This document shows, in pieces, positions 40,087 to 49,666 of a stretch of 64,000 bases of DNA. Location: NCBI GenBank assembly GCA_016192455.1, contig JACPUC010000016.1:1-64000 (forward strand). Reading direction: 5' to 3'. Made by a program: the position numbers and the translations under genes. A model generated the notes under the pieces. The model was not told the origin of the DNA. It did not search any database and saw only the letters and a program-made list of their open reading frames with translations. How positions within the stretch are numbered: position 1 is the first letter of the stretch; each line of letters starts with the position of its first letter. The DNA is from Candidatus Tectimicrobiota bacterium (GTDB taxonomy: Bacteria; JACPUC01).

Positions 40087-41198
40087 TGCGGCGCCGTCGT
40101 CCAGGCAGCAAGGCGCGTTGGCTGCTCCGCCTCCTGGCGCTGCTTGGGGCCGCGGCGGTAGTGTGGGCGGCGCCGCGGCAGGCCCCTGGGCAGGACCTCT
40201 TCGGCGACCTCCTCATCTTTCGCCCGCAGGCGCAGATTGATCAGGTGCGGCGGGGCATCTCGCGGGGCATCTCGCGCATCCCCTTCAGCTCCACACCCGG
40301 CGGCTTCGTCTTCCGCTTCAATCCCGAGTTGGGCATTCCGCAGCCCGTCTCCGAGAGCCTCGGGCCCTCATTCGTGGAACGCGCCCCGACCCTCGGCCGG
40401 GGCATCATCTCGGCTGGCATCTCGGTCACGCACCTGAACTTCGACCTCCTCGAAGGCGTGGACCTGGACGACCTCTTCGACGCCACGGTGGTGGAGCAAC
40501 CGGGCGGCCTGCTGACGATCACGCGTCGGCAGGACGTCAACCTCAAGCTAGAGCAGACGCTGCTGGCGGTCAGCGGCTTCTATGGCTTGAGCGAGCGCTT
40601 CGACCTCGGGATCGTCGTGCCGTTCGTCTCCAATCGCCTGCGCGCCGTGTCAAGCATCTCCGGAACGCGCCAGCTCGCGGGGGGAGAGCCCCGTCCCCTC
40701 CCCGCCACGGTGACCGCGAGCACCTTGAACGAACAGGGGCTGGGGGATGTGCTCCTGCGGGCCAAGTATTTCTTCGCGGAGTCCCGCTTCCCGTTCGAGT
40801 TTGCCGTTGCGCTCGACCTCAAGCTGCCAACCGGCGATGAAGAGCGACTCCTTGGCAACGGCGATCTTGAGGTGCGCCCCCTGACGATCGCCTCGCGCTC
40901 GTTCGGTCCCTTCACCCCGCACCTCAACCTGGGCGCCATCCTGAACACGCGCAGCAGCGAAGGGAGCGGGTTCTTCTACGGTGCGGGCGCGGACGTGCGC
41001 CTCCTGTCGAGGCTGACGGCATCCGTCGAGTACTTCGCCCAGACGGATGAGGAGGACACCATCGCCGACCTTGCCCTGGGCCTGAAATGGAACCCTTGGA
41101 AGCGCCTGGTGCTGCGTGGCAGCCTGCGCTGGAGCGTCAACGAGGACGGGCTGCGCGACCGTCTCACCCCAACGTTCGGTATCGAGGCGAGCTTTTGA
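40083..41198 (+). CDS. Outer-membrane beta-barrel ('transporter'/Phenol_MetA_deg-like)
   Basis: Signal peptide, GLGDVLLRAKY, LKLPTGDE..LLGNG, amphipathic strands and a terminal Phe (GIEASF). Overlaps the PP2C stop codon. Confidence 0.75.
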   Translation: MMRRRRPGSKARWLLRLLALLGAAAVVWAAPRQAPGQDLFGDLLIFRPQAQIDQVRRGISRGISRIPFSSTPGGFVFRFNPELGIPQPVSESLGPSFVERAPTLGRGIISAGISVTHLNFDLLEGVDLDDLFDATVVEQPGGLLTITRRQDVNLKLEQTLLAVSGFYGLSERFDLGIVVPFVSNRLRAVSSISGTRQLAGGEPRPLPATVTASTLNEQGLGDVLLRAKYFFAESRFPFEFAVALDLKLPTGDEERLLGNGDLEVRPLTIASRSFGPFTPHLNLGAILNTRSSEGSGFFYGAGADVRLLSRLTASVEYFAQTDEEDTIADLALGLKWNPWKRLVLRGSLRWSVNEDGLRDRLTPTFGIEASF

Positions 41199-41338
41199 GG
41201 GCGGAGGCAGACGCGGCAGGAGTGCGGCTCGGCAGGGCCGGGGGGATGGGGGCGCGGGAGAAGGGGTGCGGCGTCTTGCGGCAGCGGGATCATCGCGCCA
41301 CTGGCCGTCAAGTCGCAGCGGCGCGTTGCGAGGCGAGC

Positions 41339-41527
41339 CTAGTTTCCGAGATAGGCCTTGAGCTGATCAACGACGGCGTCGAGAGAGCTCACGGTCCGCC
41401 ACATCCAGCGGCCAGCCCCTTCATCCCAGAAGCTGAGGATGTAGCCTTCGGCGCCCGGCTCAACGCGAATCTCCTTCCGCGGATGGCCGGGCTTCTTCGT
41501 CGTGGCAGCGGGAGAGGTCTCCGTCAT
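41339..41527 (-). CDS. Small hypothetical protein (62 aa)
   Basis: ATG with upstream GAGG, natural-looking composition, co-directional downstream of dapB. Confidence 0.5.
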   Translation of the reverse strand: MTETSPAATTKKPGHPRKEIRVEPGAEGYILSFWDEGAGRWMWRTVSSLDAVVDQLKAYLGN

Positions 41528-41714
41528 GGCGCCGTCCTCATCGCGGCTAGAGGGTGGAAGGGTACGCGAGCATCGTGGCAGCTTACGGCAAACAGAGCAC
41601 CCCCCCGCGCTGAATGCGCCTGGTCACGGTACGGGGAAGCCGTGGCGCGAGGCGGCCGCACCGGCGCTCCGTCCCCTGCGCCGAGGGGTGGGGCCGCCTC
41701 CGGTGTGCTGGGGC

Positions 41715-42536
41715 TCAGAGCCCCAGGACATCCTTCATCGAGTACAGGCCCACCGGCTGCTGAACGAGCCAGCGCACCGCCCGCAGCGCCCCATGGGCAA
41801 AGGTGTCGCGGCTGTGCGCCCGATGCGTGACCTCCAAGCGTTCACCCTGACCGATGAAGTAGACCGTGTGGTCGCCCGCCACATCGCCGCCGCGCAGCGC
41901 CATGAGGCCGATCTCCGCCTCGGTGCGCGCCCCCACCATCCCCTGCCGGCCACACACCGCCACGTCACGGTAGCTGCGCCCGGCGGCGGCGGCGAGAATC
42001 TCTCCCAGGCGGACGGCGGTGCCGCTGGGGGCATCCTTCTTCATGCGGTGGTGCATCTCGAGCACTTCGAGGTCGAACCCTGGTCCCAGCAGCCGCGCCA
42101 TCCGTTCGACAATGCTGAAGAGGACGTTCACCCCGACGCTCATGTTCGGAGCGACGAGGCAGCGCGTGGCGCGTCCCAGCTCGGTCAGCTCCCGCTGCTG
42201 GGCCTCGTTGTACCCGGTGGTGCCGAGCACGGCGGCCAGCTTTGCCCGCACCGCGATCCGCAGGTGCTCGAGCGTGGCCGCCGGCACGGAGAACTCGAGC
42301 AGCACATCCCCCTGCCCGGCGGCGGCCTGCAGGTCACTCGACAGGGGGACCTTCAGGACGCCGACGCCGGCCTCCTCCCCCGCATCACGCCCCAGCGCGC
42401 CGTGCCCGGCATGCTCGATCGCCCCGGCCAGGACGAGATCGGGAGCCTCGGCAATGAGCTGGATGAGGCGTTTCCCCATGCGGCCCGCCGCACCCGCCAC
42501 GATGACCCGGAGAGGGTCACGACCTGCAGCAACCAT
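41715..42536 (-). CDS. dapB: 4-hydroxy-tetrahydrodipicolinate reductase
   Basis: GAAGRMG, GTTG, APNMSVG, EMHHRMKKDAPSGTA and HRAHSRDTFAHGA. Confidence 0.96.
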   Translation of the reverse strand: MVAAGRDPLRVIVAGAAGRMGKRLIQLIAEAPDLVLAGAIEHAGHGALGRDAGEEAGVGVLKVPLSSDLQAAAGQGDVLLEFSVPAATLEHLRIAVRAKLAAVLGTTGYNEAQQRELTELGRATRCLVAPNMSVGVNVLFSIVERMARLLGPGFDLEVLEMHHRMKKDAPSGTAVRLGEILAAAAGRSYRDVAVCGRQGMVGARTEAEIGLMALRGGDVAGDHTVYFIGQGERLEVTHRAHSRDTFAHGALRAVRWLVQQPVGLYSMKDVLGL

Positions 42537-42605
42537 TGTGCGCTCCCAGGAAGAAGCGCCGGCCCGACTCATCGCCGCGCCGGCGCCTGGTGGAGCACCA
42601 CGCCG

Positions 42606-43481
42606 TTAGCTGAGAAGCCCGTACTGCTTCATGACCATCTGCAGGCGTTCCCGGTTCGGCGGCGACATGGGGCAGAGCGGCAGCCGGAACTCCTCGCGGC
42701 ACAGCCCCATGAGCGCCGCGGCGGTCTTCACCGGAATCGGGTTCGTCTCCAAGAACATCGCCTCGTTCAGGGGCAGCGCCTTGTAGTGCAGCTCCCGCGC
42801 CCGCGCCAGATCGCCGGCGTTGAAGGCGTTGATCATGCCGGCGATGTCCTGCGGCGCGACGTTCGCGGTCACCGAGATCACCCCCTTCCCGCCCACCGCC
42901 AGGGTCGGCAGGATGGTGAAATCGTCGCCCGAGAGCACCGTCAGCCGATCCTCACACTGCGCGATGATGTCGCTGATCTGTGTGAGGGAGGCGGTGGCTT
43001 CCTTGAGGGCCACGATCGTCTCAATCTCCGCTAAGCGGGCCACGGTGGAGGGGAGCATGTTCACCGAGGTGCGCCCCGGCACGTTGTACGGCACGAGCGG
43101 AAAATCAACGGCCTTGGCGATGGCGGCGAAATGCCGGTAGAGCCCCTCCTGGGTGGGCTTGTTGTAGTAAGGGGTGATCAAGAGGGCGCCGTCTGCGCCC
43201 GAGCGCTTGGCATGCTTGGTCAGGGAGATCGCCTCATCGGTGGAGTTGGAGCCGGTGCCGGCGAGGACCGGGACGCGCTTGTTCACCTGCTCCACGGCGA
43301 TCAAGACAACGCGCTCATGCTCGGCGTGCGACAGCGTTGCCGCCTCGCCCGTGGTGCCGCAGGGCACGATGCCGTGGGTGCCGCTGCCGATCTGCCTTTC
43401 GATGAGGTTGCGGAACGCCGCCTCATCGACCTGGCCGTCTCGGAACGGCGTGATGATGGCCACAAACGAGCCTTCAAACAT
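42606..43481 (-). CDS. dapA: 4-hydroxy-tetrahydrodipicolinate synthase
   Basis: AIITPF, CGTTGE, TPYYNKP, YNVPGRT, LKEA, LSGDD and ETNPIPVK. Confidence 0.96.
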   Translation of the reverse strand: MFEGSFVAIITPFRDGQVDEAAFRNLIERQIGSGTHGIVPCGTTGEAATLSHAEHERVVLIAVEQVNKRVPVLAGTGSNSTDEAISLTKHAKRSGADGALLITPYYNKPTQEGLYRHFAAIAKAVDFPLVPYNVPGRTSVNMLPSTVARLAEIETIVALKEATASLTQISDIIAQCEDRLTVLSGDDFTILPTLAVGGKGVISVTANVAPQDIAGMINAFNAGDLARARELHYKALPLNEAMFLETNPIPVKTAAALMGLCREEFRLPLCPMSPPNRERLQMVMKQYGLLS

Positions 43482-43637
43482 GATCAGCCCCCTCTTGCTG
43501 CGCCGACGCCCTCGCGCCGGCTTCTCCTCACCTAACCTCCTGGTTCCTCCCCTGTCGCCGAACCCAGGAGGATGTTCGACGCAGGTAACGATGAGCCCCT
43601 GACCAAGGAGACCGTTTCGTTCCGTGAGGTTGGAAGT

Positions 43638-43666
43638 ATTATACGGCGGTGGTCGAGAGCTGTCTA
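43638..43666 (-). promoter_or_regulatory. sigma70-type promoter of dapA-dapB
   Basis: TAGACA-17 nt-TATAAT on the minus strand. Confidence 0.7.
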
Positions 43667-43842
43667 GCAACCAGTCAGAAACCAGGCTCGAAATCCTCTC
43701 CGCCAGTCTGGCGCGGCTGCGGGCACGGCGCGGCACAGCGCGACCTGGCGCGGCGCACGACTTTTCCTTGACTTTAGCGGGGAGAGAGCCTAGATGAATA
43801 CCAGCAAGAGTGCGAGAGTGTGCACGAGCGAGCACGCGCGAC

Positions 43843-43955
43843 CCTAGGGGTGTCTCGGAACTGAGAGACTGTCCGCGCATGCCTTCTGCAAAGCGAGGCG
43901 TGCGGGACGGCAACCCTTTGAACCTGAACTGGGTCATACCAGCGTAGGGAAGCGG
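43843..43955 (+). ncRNA. TPP riboswitch
   Basis: GGGGTG...CTGAGA...ACCCTTTGAACCTGAACTGGGTCATACCAGCGTAGGGAAG, directly upstream of thiS-thiG-thiE. Confidence 0.93.
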
Positions 43956-44029
43956 TTCGCGGTCTGCGGCGTTGCGCTCCTTCGCAGGTGCTGCTCAGGT
44001 TGTGAGCCGCGCAGCGAAGCGAGAGCGGG

Positions 44030-44060
44030 ACCGGCTTCCGACGTGAAAGCCGGTTTTTTT
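44030..44060 (+). terminator. Intrinsic terminator (riboswitch expression platform)
   Basis: ACCGGCTT-loop-AAGCCGGT followed by a T run, just before the thiS start. Confidence 0.8.
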
Positions 44061-44064
44061 GTGA

Positions 44065-44298
44065 GTGAACGCGGTGCGCCTGACGATCAATGGCGAGGAA
44101 CGAACCTTCGACGAAGCGCTGACGGTTGCGGAGCTGCTTGCCGCACTGCGGCTTGATCCGCGCGCCAAGGCCGTCGCGGTGAACGCCGAGGTCGTGCCGC
44201 GTGGCCAGTTTTCCACCTGGAGGCTGCGCGCCGACGATCGCGTTGAGATCGTCCAGGCTATCGGGGGAGGATCCTGTTCGTGGAGCATGAACTGCTAA
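44065..44298 (+). CDS. thiS: Sulfur carrier protein ThiS (with C-terminal extension)
   Basis: [31 protein letters not shown], then SCSWSMNC before the stop. Confidence 0.88.
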   Translation: MNAVRLTINGEERTFDEALTVAELLAALRLDPRAKAVAVNAEVVPRGQFSTWRLRADDRVEIVQAIGGGSCSWSMNC

Positions 44299-45074
44299 AT
44301 GATGAACCGCTGCGCCTGGGGGCGTATTCGTTAACCTCCCGGCTGATCGTGGGAACCGGGAAGTACGCCTCGAACGCCCAGATGAAAGAAGCCATTGAAG
44401 CCTCCGGGGCGCAGATGGTGACGGTGGCGGTGCGGCGCGTCAACCTGGACCGCGGCGATGAGGATTCCCTCCTCAACCACCTCCCCGAGGGGACGATCAT
44501 CCTGCCGAACACGGCGGGCTGCTACACGGCGAGGGACGCCATCCTCACGGCGCAGCTTGCGCGCGAGGCCGGGCTCTCCTCGCTGGTGAAGTTGGAGGTG
44601 ATCGGCGACGAGCGCACCCTGTTCCCCGACAACGAGCAGCTCCTCGAGGCCACCAAGGAGCTCGTGGCGCAAGGCTTCACGGTGCTGCCGTACACGAACG
44701 ACGACCCGATCATGTCCCGCAAGCTCGAAGAGGCGGGGGCGGCCGCGGTGATGCCGCTGGCGGCCCCCATCGGCTCCGGGCTGGGGATTCGCAACCCCTA
44801 CAACCTGCAGATCATCCTCAACCAGGCGTCAGTGCCGATCATCGTCGACGCCGGGGTCGGCATCGCCTCCGATGCCGCCATCGCCATGGAGCTGGGGGTG
44901 GACGGCGTGCTCATGAACACCGGCATCGCCGGCGCCAAGGACCCTGTCCTCATGGCGCGCGCCATGCGCTGGGCCATCCTGGCGGGGCGCGCCGCCTACA
45001 AGGCCGGCCGCATCCCGAAGAAGCTTTACGCCACGGCCAGCAGTCCCCTCGAAGGGGTCGTGACCGCCAGCTAG
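44280..45074 (+). CDS. thiG: Thiazole synthase
   Basis: [36 protein letters not shown] and DAGVG. GTG start with a GGAGG RBS. Confidence 0.96.
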   Translation: MEHELLNDEPLRLGAYSLTSRLIVGTGKYASNAQMKEAIEASGAQMVTVAVRRVNLDRGDEDSLLNHLPEGTIILPNTAGCYTARDAILTAQLAREAGLSSLVKLEVIGDERTLFPDNEQLLEATKELVAQGFTVLPYTNDDPIMSRKLEEAGAAAVMPLAAPIGSGLGIRNPYNLQIILNQASVPIIVDAGVGIASDAAIAMELGVDGVLMNTGIAGAKDPVLMARAMRWAILAGRAAYKAGRIPKKLYATASSPLEGVVTAS

Positions 45075-45221
45075 GCTCCATCTTATCGTGGGAACCCCTT
45101 GCTTCCCCATACCCTAATGCGACAGGAGTGAGGAGAAAGGGGAAGGAGCCTTCCCGATGCTCCCCTCTCTCCTTTCGGCTTTCACTTATCTCGCCGCGGC
45201 GCGGCGCACCTCCACGTTCCC

Positions 45222-45884
45222 ATGCCCGAGCAATCAGCCGCCGCCGAGTCCGCTCCGTCGCGCCCACCCTGGGCCCCCCGCCTCTACCTGGTAACCGATC
45301 GCTGGCAGGCGCGCGGACCGCTGCCCCAGGTCGTTGCGGCCGCCCTCGCCGGAGGCGTCGACGCGGTGCAGCTCCGCGAGAAGGACCTCGGCGCGCGCCA
45401 GCTCGCCGAGCTGGCGGCGGCGCTCCTTCCCCTCACCAGGGCTGCGGGTGTGCCGCTCCTCATCAATGACCGCATCGACGTGGCCCTGGCCTGCGGCGCC
45501 GCCGGGGTGCAGCTTGCCGGCACGTCCCTGCCCACCCCCCAGGCGCGCACCCTCGTCGGTCCCAGGCGCTACCTGGGCGTCTCCACCCACAGCCTTGAGG
45601 AAGCCGAATGCGCCGCGCGGGAGGGCGCCGACTTCGTCCTCTTCGGCCCCGTCTTTGCGACGCCGTCCAAGCTCGCCTTCGGCTCGCCGCAAGGGATCGA
45701 GCGCCTGCGCCAGGTCTGCCGCGCCGTGTCCTGCCCGGTGCTGGCAATCGGCGGCATTAAGGCGCAGCACCTGCCGGAGGTGCTGGGGGTAGGCGCCCAT
45801 GGCGTCGCCGTCATCTCGGCGATCCTCGCTTCCCCGGACCCCACGGCGGCAGCCGCCTGCTTCGTGGAGCAGCTCCGGGCCTAG
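45222..45884 (+). CDS. thiE: Thiamine phosphate synthase
   Basis: LYLVTDR, QLREKD, INDRIDVA, STHS, GPVFATPSK and AIGGI, in a thi operon. A TenI-like paralog is not excluded. Confidence 0.82.
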   Translation: MPEQSAAAESAPSRPPWAPRLYLVTDRWQARGPLPQVVAAALAGGVDAVQLREKDLGARQLAELAAALLPLTRAAGVPLLINDRIDVALACGAAGVQLAGTSLPTPQARTLVGPRRYLGVSTHSLEEAECAAREGADFVLFGPVFATPSKLAFGSPQGIERLRQVCRAVSCPVLAIGGIKAQHLPEVLGVGAHGVAVISAILASPDPTAAAACFVEQLRA

Positions 45885-46082
45885 ACCTCCGCAAGCACGC
45901 CACCCCTCACGCCTCCAGCGTAACCAACGCCGCCTCGCGCCTCCCCACCGCGCACGCCCCACGTCGCTCGTCTCGACGCGGCGGGCGGCGCGCCGCGCGG
46001 AGCTCGACAGGCCGGGCCCCGCCGGCGCGCCATAGCGCTGCTTGAGGTGAGAGGAGAAGTTCGGCAGACCGCGGAGGGGGGA

Positions 46083-46895
46083 TCATATGCCGATGACGGT
46101 CTCTTCTTCCCGCCAGGCGAGGGAGCGCGATTGAACCCGCGACAACGCCACGTCGACCAGCATGATGAGGATGGTGACGACGAGCACGCCGAGGATGACG
46201 CCCGTCATGTCGAACATCGACCGCGCCCGGTCGATGCTGGAGCCCAGTCCCTTGTAAGGGCTGAGGAACTCGCCGACCACCGCGGCGCTGATGGAGCGCG
46301 GCAGGGAAATCTTCATGCCCGCGAAGACATAGGGGCTGGCGGTCGGCCAGACGATGTGGCGGCTGATCTGCTTCTGATTGGCGCCGAAGATGCGGGCCAC
46401 TTTGATGAGGTTGGGATCGACGGCGCGCACACCTGCGTAGGTATTGAAGAAGATAAGGAAGCAGACGACGATGACGACGAAGACGACCTTCGAGGTCATG
46501 TCAATGCCGAACCAGAGGATGAGGAGCGGCGCCATGGCCAGCTTCGGCACCCCCATGGCGGCGGTGATGTAGGGATCGAGGACCGCGGCGAGTCGCGGGA
46601 AGAGGCGCAGGATGAAGGGCAGCCCCAGCCCCAAGGCAGCCCCGATGACGAAGCCGAGAACCGACTCCGCCAGGGTGATCCCCGCGTCGATGAGGAGGTT
46701 CAAGTTCAGGAGCTCTTCCCAGAAGCGCGCCACGATGGCGACGGGGCTGCTGAACCACAAGGCGCCCTTGGTACTGCTCAGCACCTGCCAGACAAGGAGG
46801 AGGGCTACGATCAAGGCGGCGCGCCAGAGGCGCACTTTGGTCCGCCACGCGGTTCCCTCGTAAGAGGCAGTCGCCAGCTCCTGTGCTGTCTGCAC
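46083..46895 (-). CDS. NitT/TauT-type ABC permease
   Basis: PKLAMAPLLILWFG, EAA-like loop (ARIFGANQKQISRHIVWP) and AVVGEF. The start is uncertain. Confidence 0.88.
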   Translation of the reverse strand: MQTAQELATASYEGTAWRTKVRLWRAALIVALLLVWQVLSSTKGALWFSSPVAIVARFWEELLNLNLLIDAGITLAESVLGFVIGAALGLGLPFILRLFPRLAAVLDPYITAAMGVPKLAMAPLLILWFGIDMTSKVVFVVIVVCFLIFFNTYAGVRAVDPNLIKVARIFGANQKQISRHIVWPTASPYVFAGMKISLPRSISAAVVGEFLSPYKGLGSSIDRARSMFDMTGVILGVLVVTILIMLVDVALSRVQSRSLAWREEETVIGI

Positions 46896-47049
46896 GACCT
46901 GTACGTCCTCTCCGTGGGCGCCGATGCGGGGTGCTGCTCGGAACGCCCCACCACCCCGCCGCCCTCCTTTCGCCCCCTCGCCTCGGCGGCTGGGACGCCA
47001 GCTTCGCAAAGCCCCTCCCCAGGCGGCAGCTTCATCGCCGCCGGCGGCG

Positions 47050-47835
47050 CTACATGCCGATGATCTCACGCTCCTCGACGCGCCAGGAGAGGAGCTTCGC
47101 CTCCACCACCTTGACGACCTGATTCATGATGACGATGAGGAGACTCAGCACGATGAGCCCCACGAACACGCCCGCGGTATCGAACTCGTTCGTGGCATAC
47201 TCGATGAAGTAGCCGATGCCGCGGTCGGCGCTGATCAGCTCGCCGATCACCGCGCCGGCGATGGCGTAGGGGACGGAAATCTTCAGGCCGGTGAAGATGT
47301 AGGGGACGGCGCTCGGCCACAGGACGTGGCGCACGATGTGGTCCTCCCGCGCCCCCATGATGCGCGCCACCTTGATGAGGTTCGGATTGACCCCCTGGAT
47401 GCCGGCGGTGGTGTTGAAGAAGACGAGGAAGAAGACGATCGAGAAGACCACCGCCACCTTCGAGAGCATGCCGACGCCGAACCAGAGGATGAAGATGGGC
47501 GCCAGGGCCAGCTTCGGCATGCCGTAGCCGCCGACCATGAGCGGGCCGAGCACCTCGGAGGCGAGGGGATGACGGCGCAGGAGGAACGGCAGACCCACGC
47601 CAAGGACGATGCCGAGGGCGAACCCCCAGAAGGCCTCCTGGATGGTCATCAGGATGTGCGGCCAGAGCGTCCCGTCCAGCAGCCATCGCAGCATGCGCTG
47701 CAGGACCAGCAACGGCGGGCTCACCCACTCCGGCGACGCCAGGATGGAGAGCGCCTGCCACAGCCCCAGGCAGCAAAAGCCGGCGATGATGCGGAGGGCC
47801 AGGAGGGCGACGCCGGGATGCATCGTACTCCTCAC
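47050..47835 (-). CDS. NitT/TauT-type ABC permease (paralog)
   Basis: PKLALAPIFILWFG, ARIMGAREDHIVRHVLWP and AVIGEL. Confidence 0.9.
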   Translation of the reverse strand: MRSTMHPGVALLALRIIAGFCCLGLWQALSILASPEWVSPPLLVLQRMLRWLLDGTLWPHILMTIQEAFWGFALGIVLGVGLPFLLRRHPLASEVLGPLMVGGYGMPKLALAPIFILWFGVGMLSKVAVVFSIVFFLVFFNTTAGIQGVNPNLIKVARIMGAREDHIVRHVLWPSAVPYIFTGLKISVPYAIAGAVIGELISADRGIGYFIEYATNEFDTAGVFVGLIVLSLLIVIMNQVVKVVEAKLLSWRVEEREIIGM

Positions 47836-48393
47836 GAGGGGAGGGGACGGCAGAGATGCGCCACGCCCGCGTGCGGCGGCAACGAAGCGACCGCGTGGGG
47901 CTCCGCCGCCTTCCCGCCAAGGTGGATCTCGAATATCCCCTTCACGAGCCTGAAAGCGCCGCCGCGCCGCAACGCCGTTCGAGGACCGCGCCGGCGGCCC
48001 TGTTCTGAAGCAGGGCCCTGAGGAGCCGCCGCCTCTGCTTCACCTCCCCGCCAGGCTGAACGACAGTTTTCCATCTTGAGGCTGCGCTGCTTGACGTAGG
48101 GAGTGAGTGAATTCTACGTGCGGTTGGCGGTCGAGTCAATGAACGAACAAACCCCCTCGCCCCCCCTACCTCCCGCCGGGCTGCGGCGCGGGCCAGCGCC
48201 ACGCTCTCGGGGCGCAGGGCGAAGCGGACGGGCGGCACGCCGGGGAGAAGCCCGGCCCTCCGCCAGGCGCAACCCTTGGCGGGACGCGTTCCACACCAGA
48301 GAGGCGCAAGGACGGAAGCGATTCATCGGCAAGGTCGGGGGGAGGCCCCTCGCGCGGCGGTTCCTCCCCTCCCCCAAGCCTTTCCTCTCGAGT

Positions 48394-49419
48394 CTAGTCA
48401 AAGAGCCCTTGGATAAGCCGCGACTGCAGCTCCGCGTCGGTGAGACCCGGCTTCTCCAGGTCGCCGGCGGCTAGCATCATGGTTTGCACCGTCTTCAGAG
48501 CTTGCAGCGTCGGCTTGCCGGAAGGAGCGACCCCGCTCTTGTACATGCGGTAGGAGGCCTCCACCCATTCGCTGCGCAACTTGGGGAATTCTTTCTTCAG
48601 AATGGCGAGGGAGTTCGCGTCGTTCGTGCGCAGGATGTCGAGTGATTTCTGGTAACCGCGCGCAACCTTCTTGCAGGTGGCCGCTTGCTCCTTGCAATAG
48701 TCGGGGTGGGCGGCGACGTAGATGTACCCGAACGGCTCCAGGGCGGGGATATCGCCCCGCGGGCCGCTGATGAGCAGGGTTCCGAAGCCTTCCAGCTCGC
48801 TGGCCACGGTCCAGGGGAGCGACAGCGAGAAGCCATCGATATCACCGCGCTTGAGGGCCGCGAAGAGCGACGGCCCGGTGCCGACGGCGCGGATCGTGTA
48901 GTCCTTCCCCGCCTGCAGACCCGCCAGGCTGCCGACGTATTGCAGCCAGGCATCCGGGATGCCGCGCAGGCGATCGATGCCGATGACCTTCCCTTTCATG
49001 AACTGGGCGCGATCCTTGATGCTGCTGGCGCTGGTGATCCCCGCTTTCGCCGCCTTGGCCTTATCGACCGCAAGTTCGAGGTTCACCCGGTGGAGCAGCA
49101 TGACGAGGCCATCGAGCGGCGCCTTGGCGACGTGTCCCTTGATCAGGGAGACGCCGCTCGCCATGGCCAGCTCAACCTTGCGGCCTCGCGCTGCCGTCGA
49201 GGACCCCAGCCCCTTGATTTCGCGGTACGTGAGATCGAGACCCTCATCCTTGAAGAAGCCTCTGTCAAGCCCGATGAAGGTCGCCGCGAAGCTGAAGGAG
49301 GGTCCGGGATGGGCGATCGTGATCTTCGTCAGCTCCGCCGCCGTGGCCGGCCCCGCCACGAGCAGCGCCAGCGCCATGCCGATCCAGACGAGGTTCCTGA
49401 CGCGTCGTCCCCTAGCCAT
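48394..49419 (-). CDS. NMT1/SsuA-like ABC substrate-binding protein
   Basis: Signal peptide, GLDRGFFKDEGLDL, MKGKVIG and AALKRGDIDG. Confidence 0.85.
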   Translation of the reverse strand: MARGRRVRNLVWIGMALALLVAGPATAAELTKITIAHPGPSFSFAATFIGLDRGFFKDEGLDLTYREIKGLGSSTAARGRKVELAMASGVSLIKGHVAKAPLDGLVMLLHRVNLELAVDKAKAAKAGITSASSIKDRAQFMKGKVIGIDRLRGIPDAWLQYVGSLAGLQAGKDYTIRAVGTGPSLFAALKRGDIDGFSLSLPWTVASELEGFGTLLISGPRGDIPALEPFGYIYVAAHPDYCKEQAATCKKVARGYQKSLDILRTNDANSLAILKKEFPKLRSEWVEASYRMYKSGVAPSGKPTLQALKTVQTMMLAAGDLEKPGLTDAELQSRLIQGLFD

Positions 49420-49666
49420 CGCGCAATCCTCCTCTCCAGGGAGCCTCTACCTGCACCCGGCGACACGGCATGACGCAGCCATTGCGGCATGCGCCGCCAA
49501 GGTGAACCAACGCACCTCCGGCCCCATCATTCCAGCTCGGCGGCGAACCGCGCCCTCTGCCGCGGCGACCGCTCGACACTCTCAGCCGCCCCTCCCGCCT
49601 GCTCTCGGATGATGCTCCCGCACCCAAACGCTCGAAGGGAGACCGCGCGGGGGGTAGGTTCGCTCC

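Noticed and set aside
43482-43637. Lysine riboswitch upstream of dapA
   Set aside because: The leader is only ~150 nt and lacks the conserved AGAGGUGC-type core.
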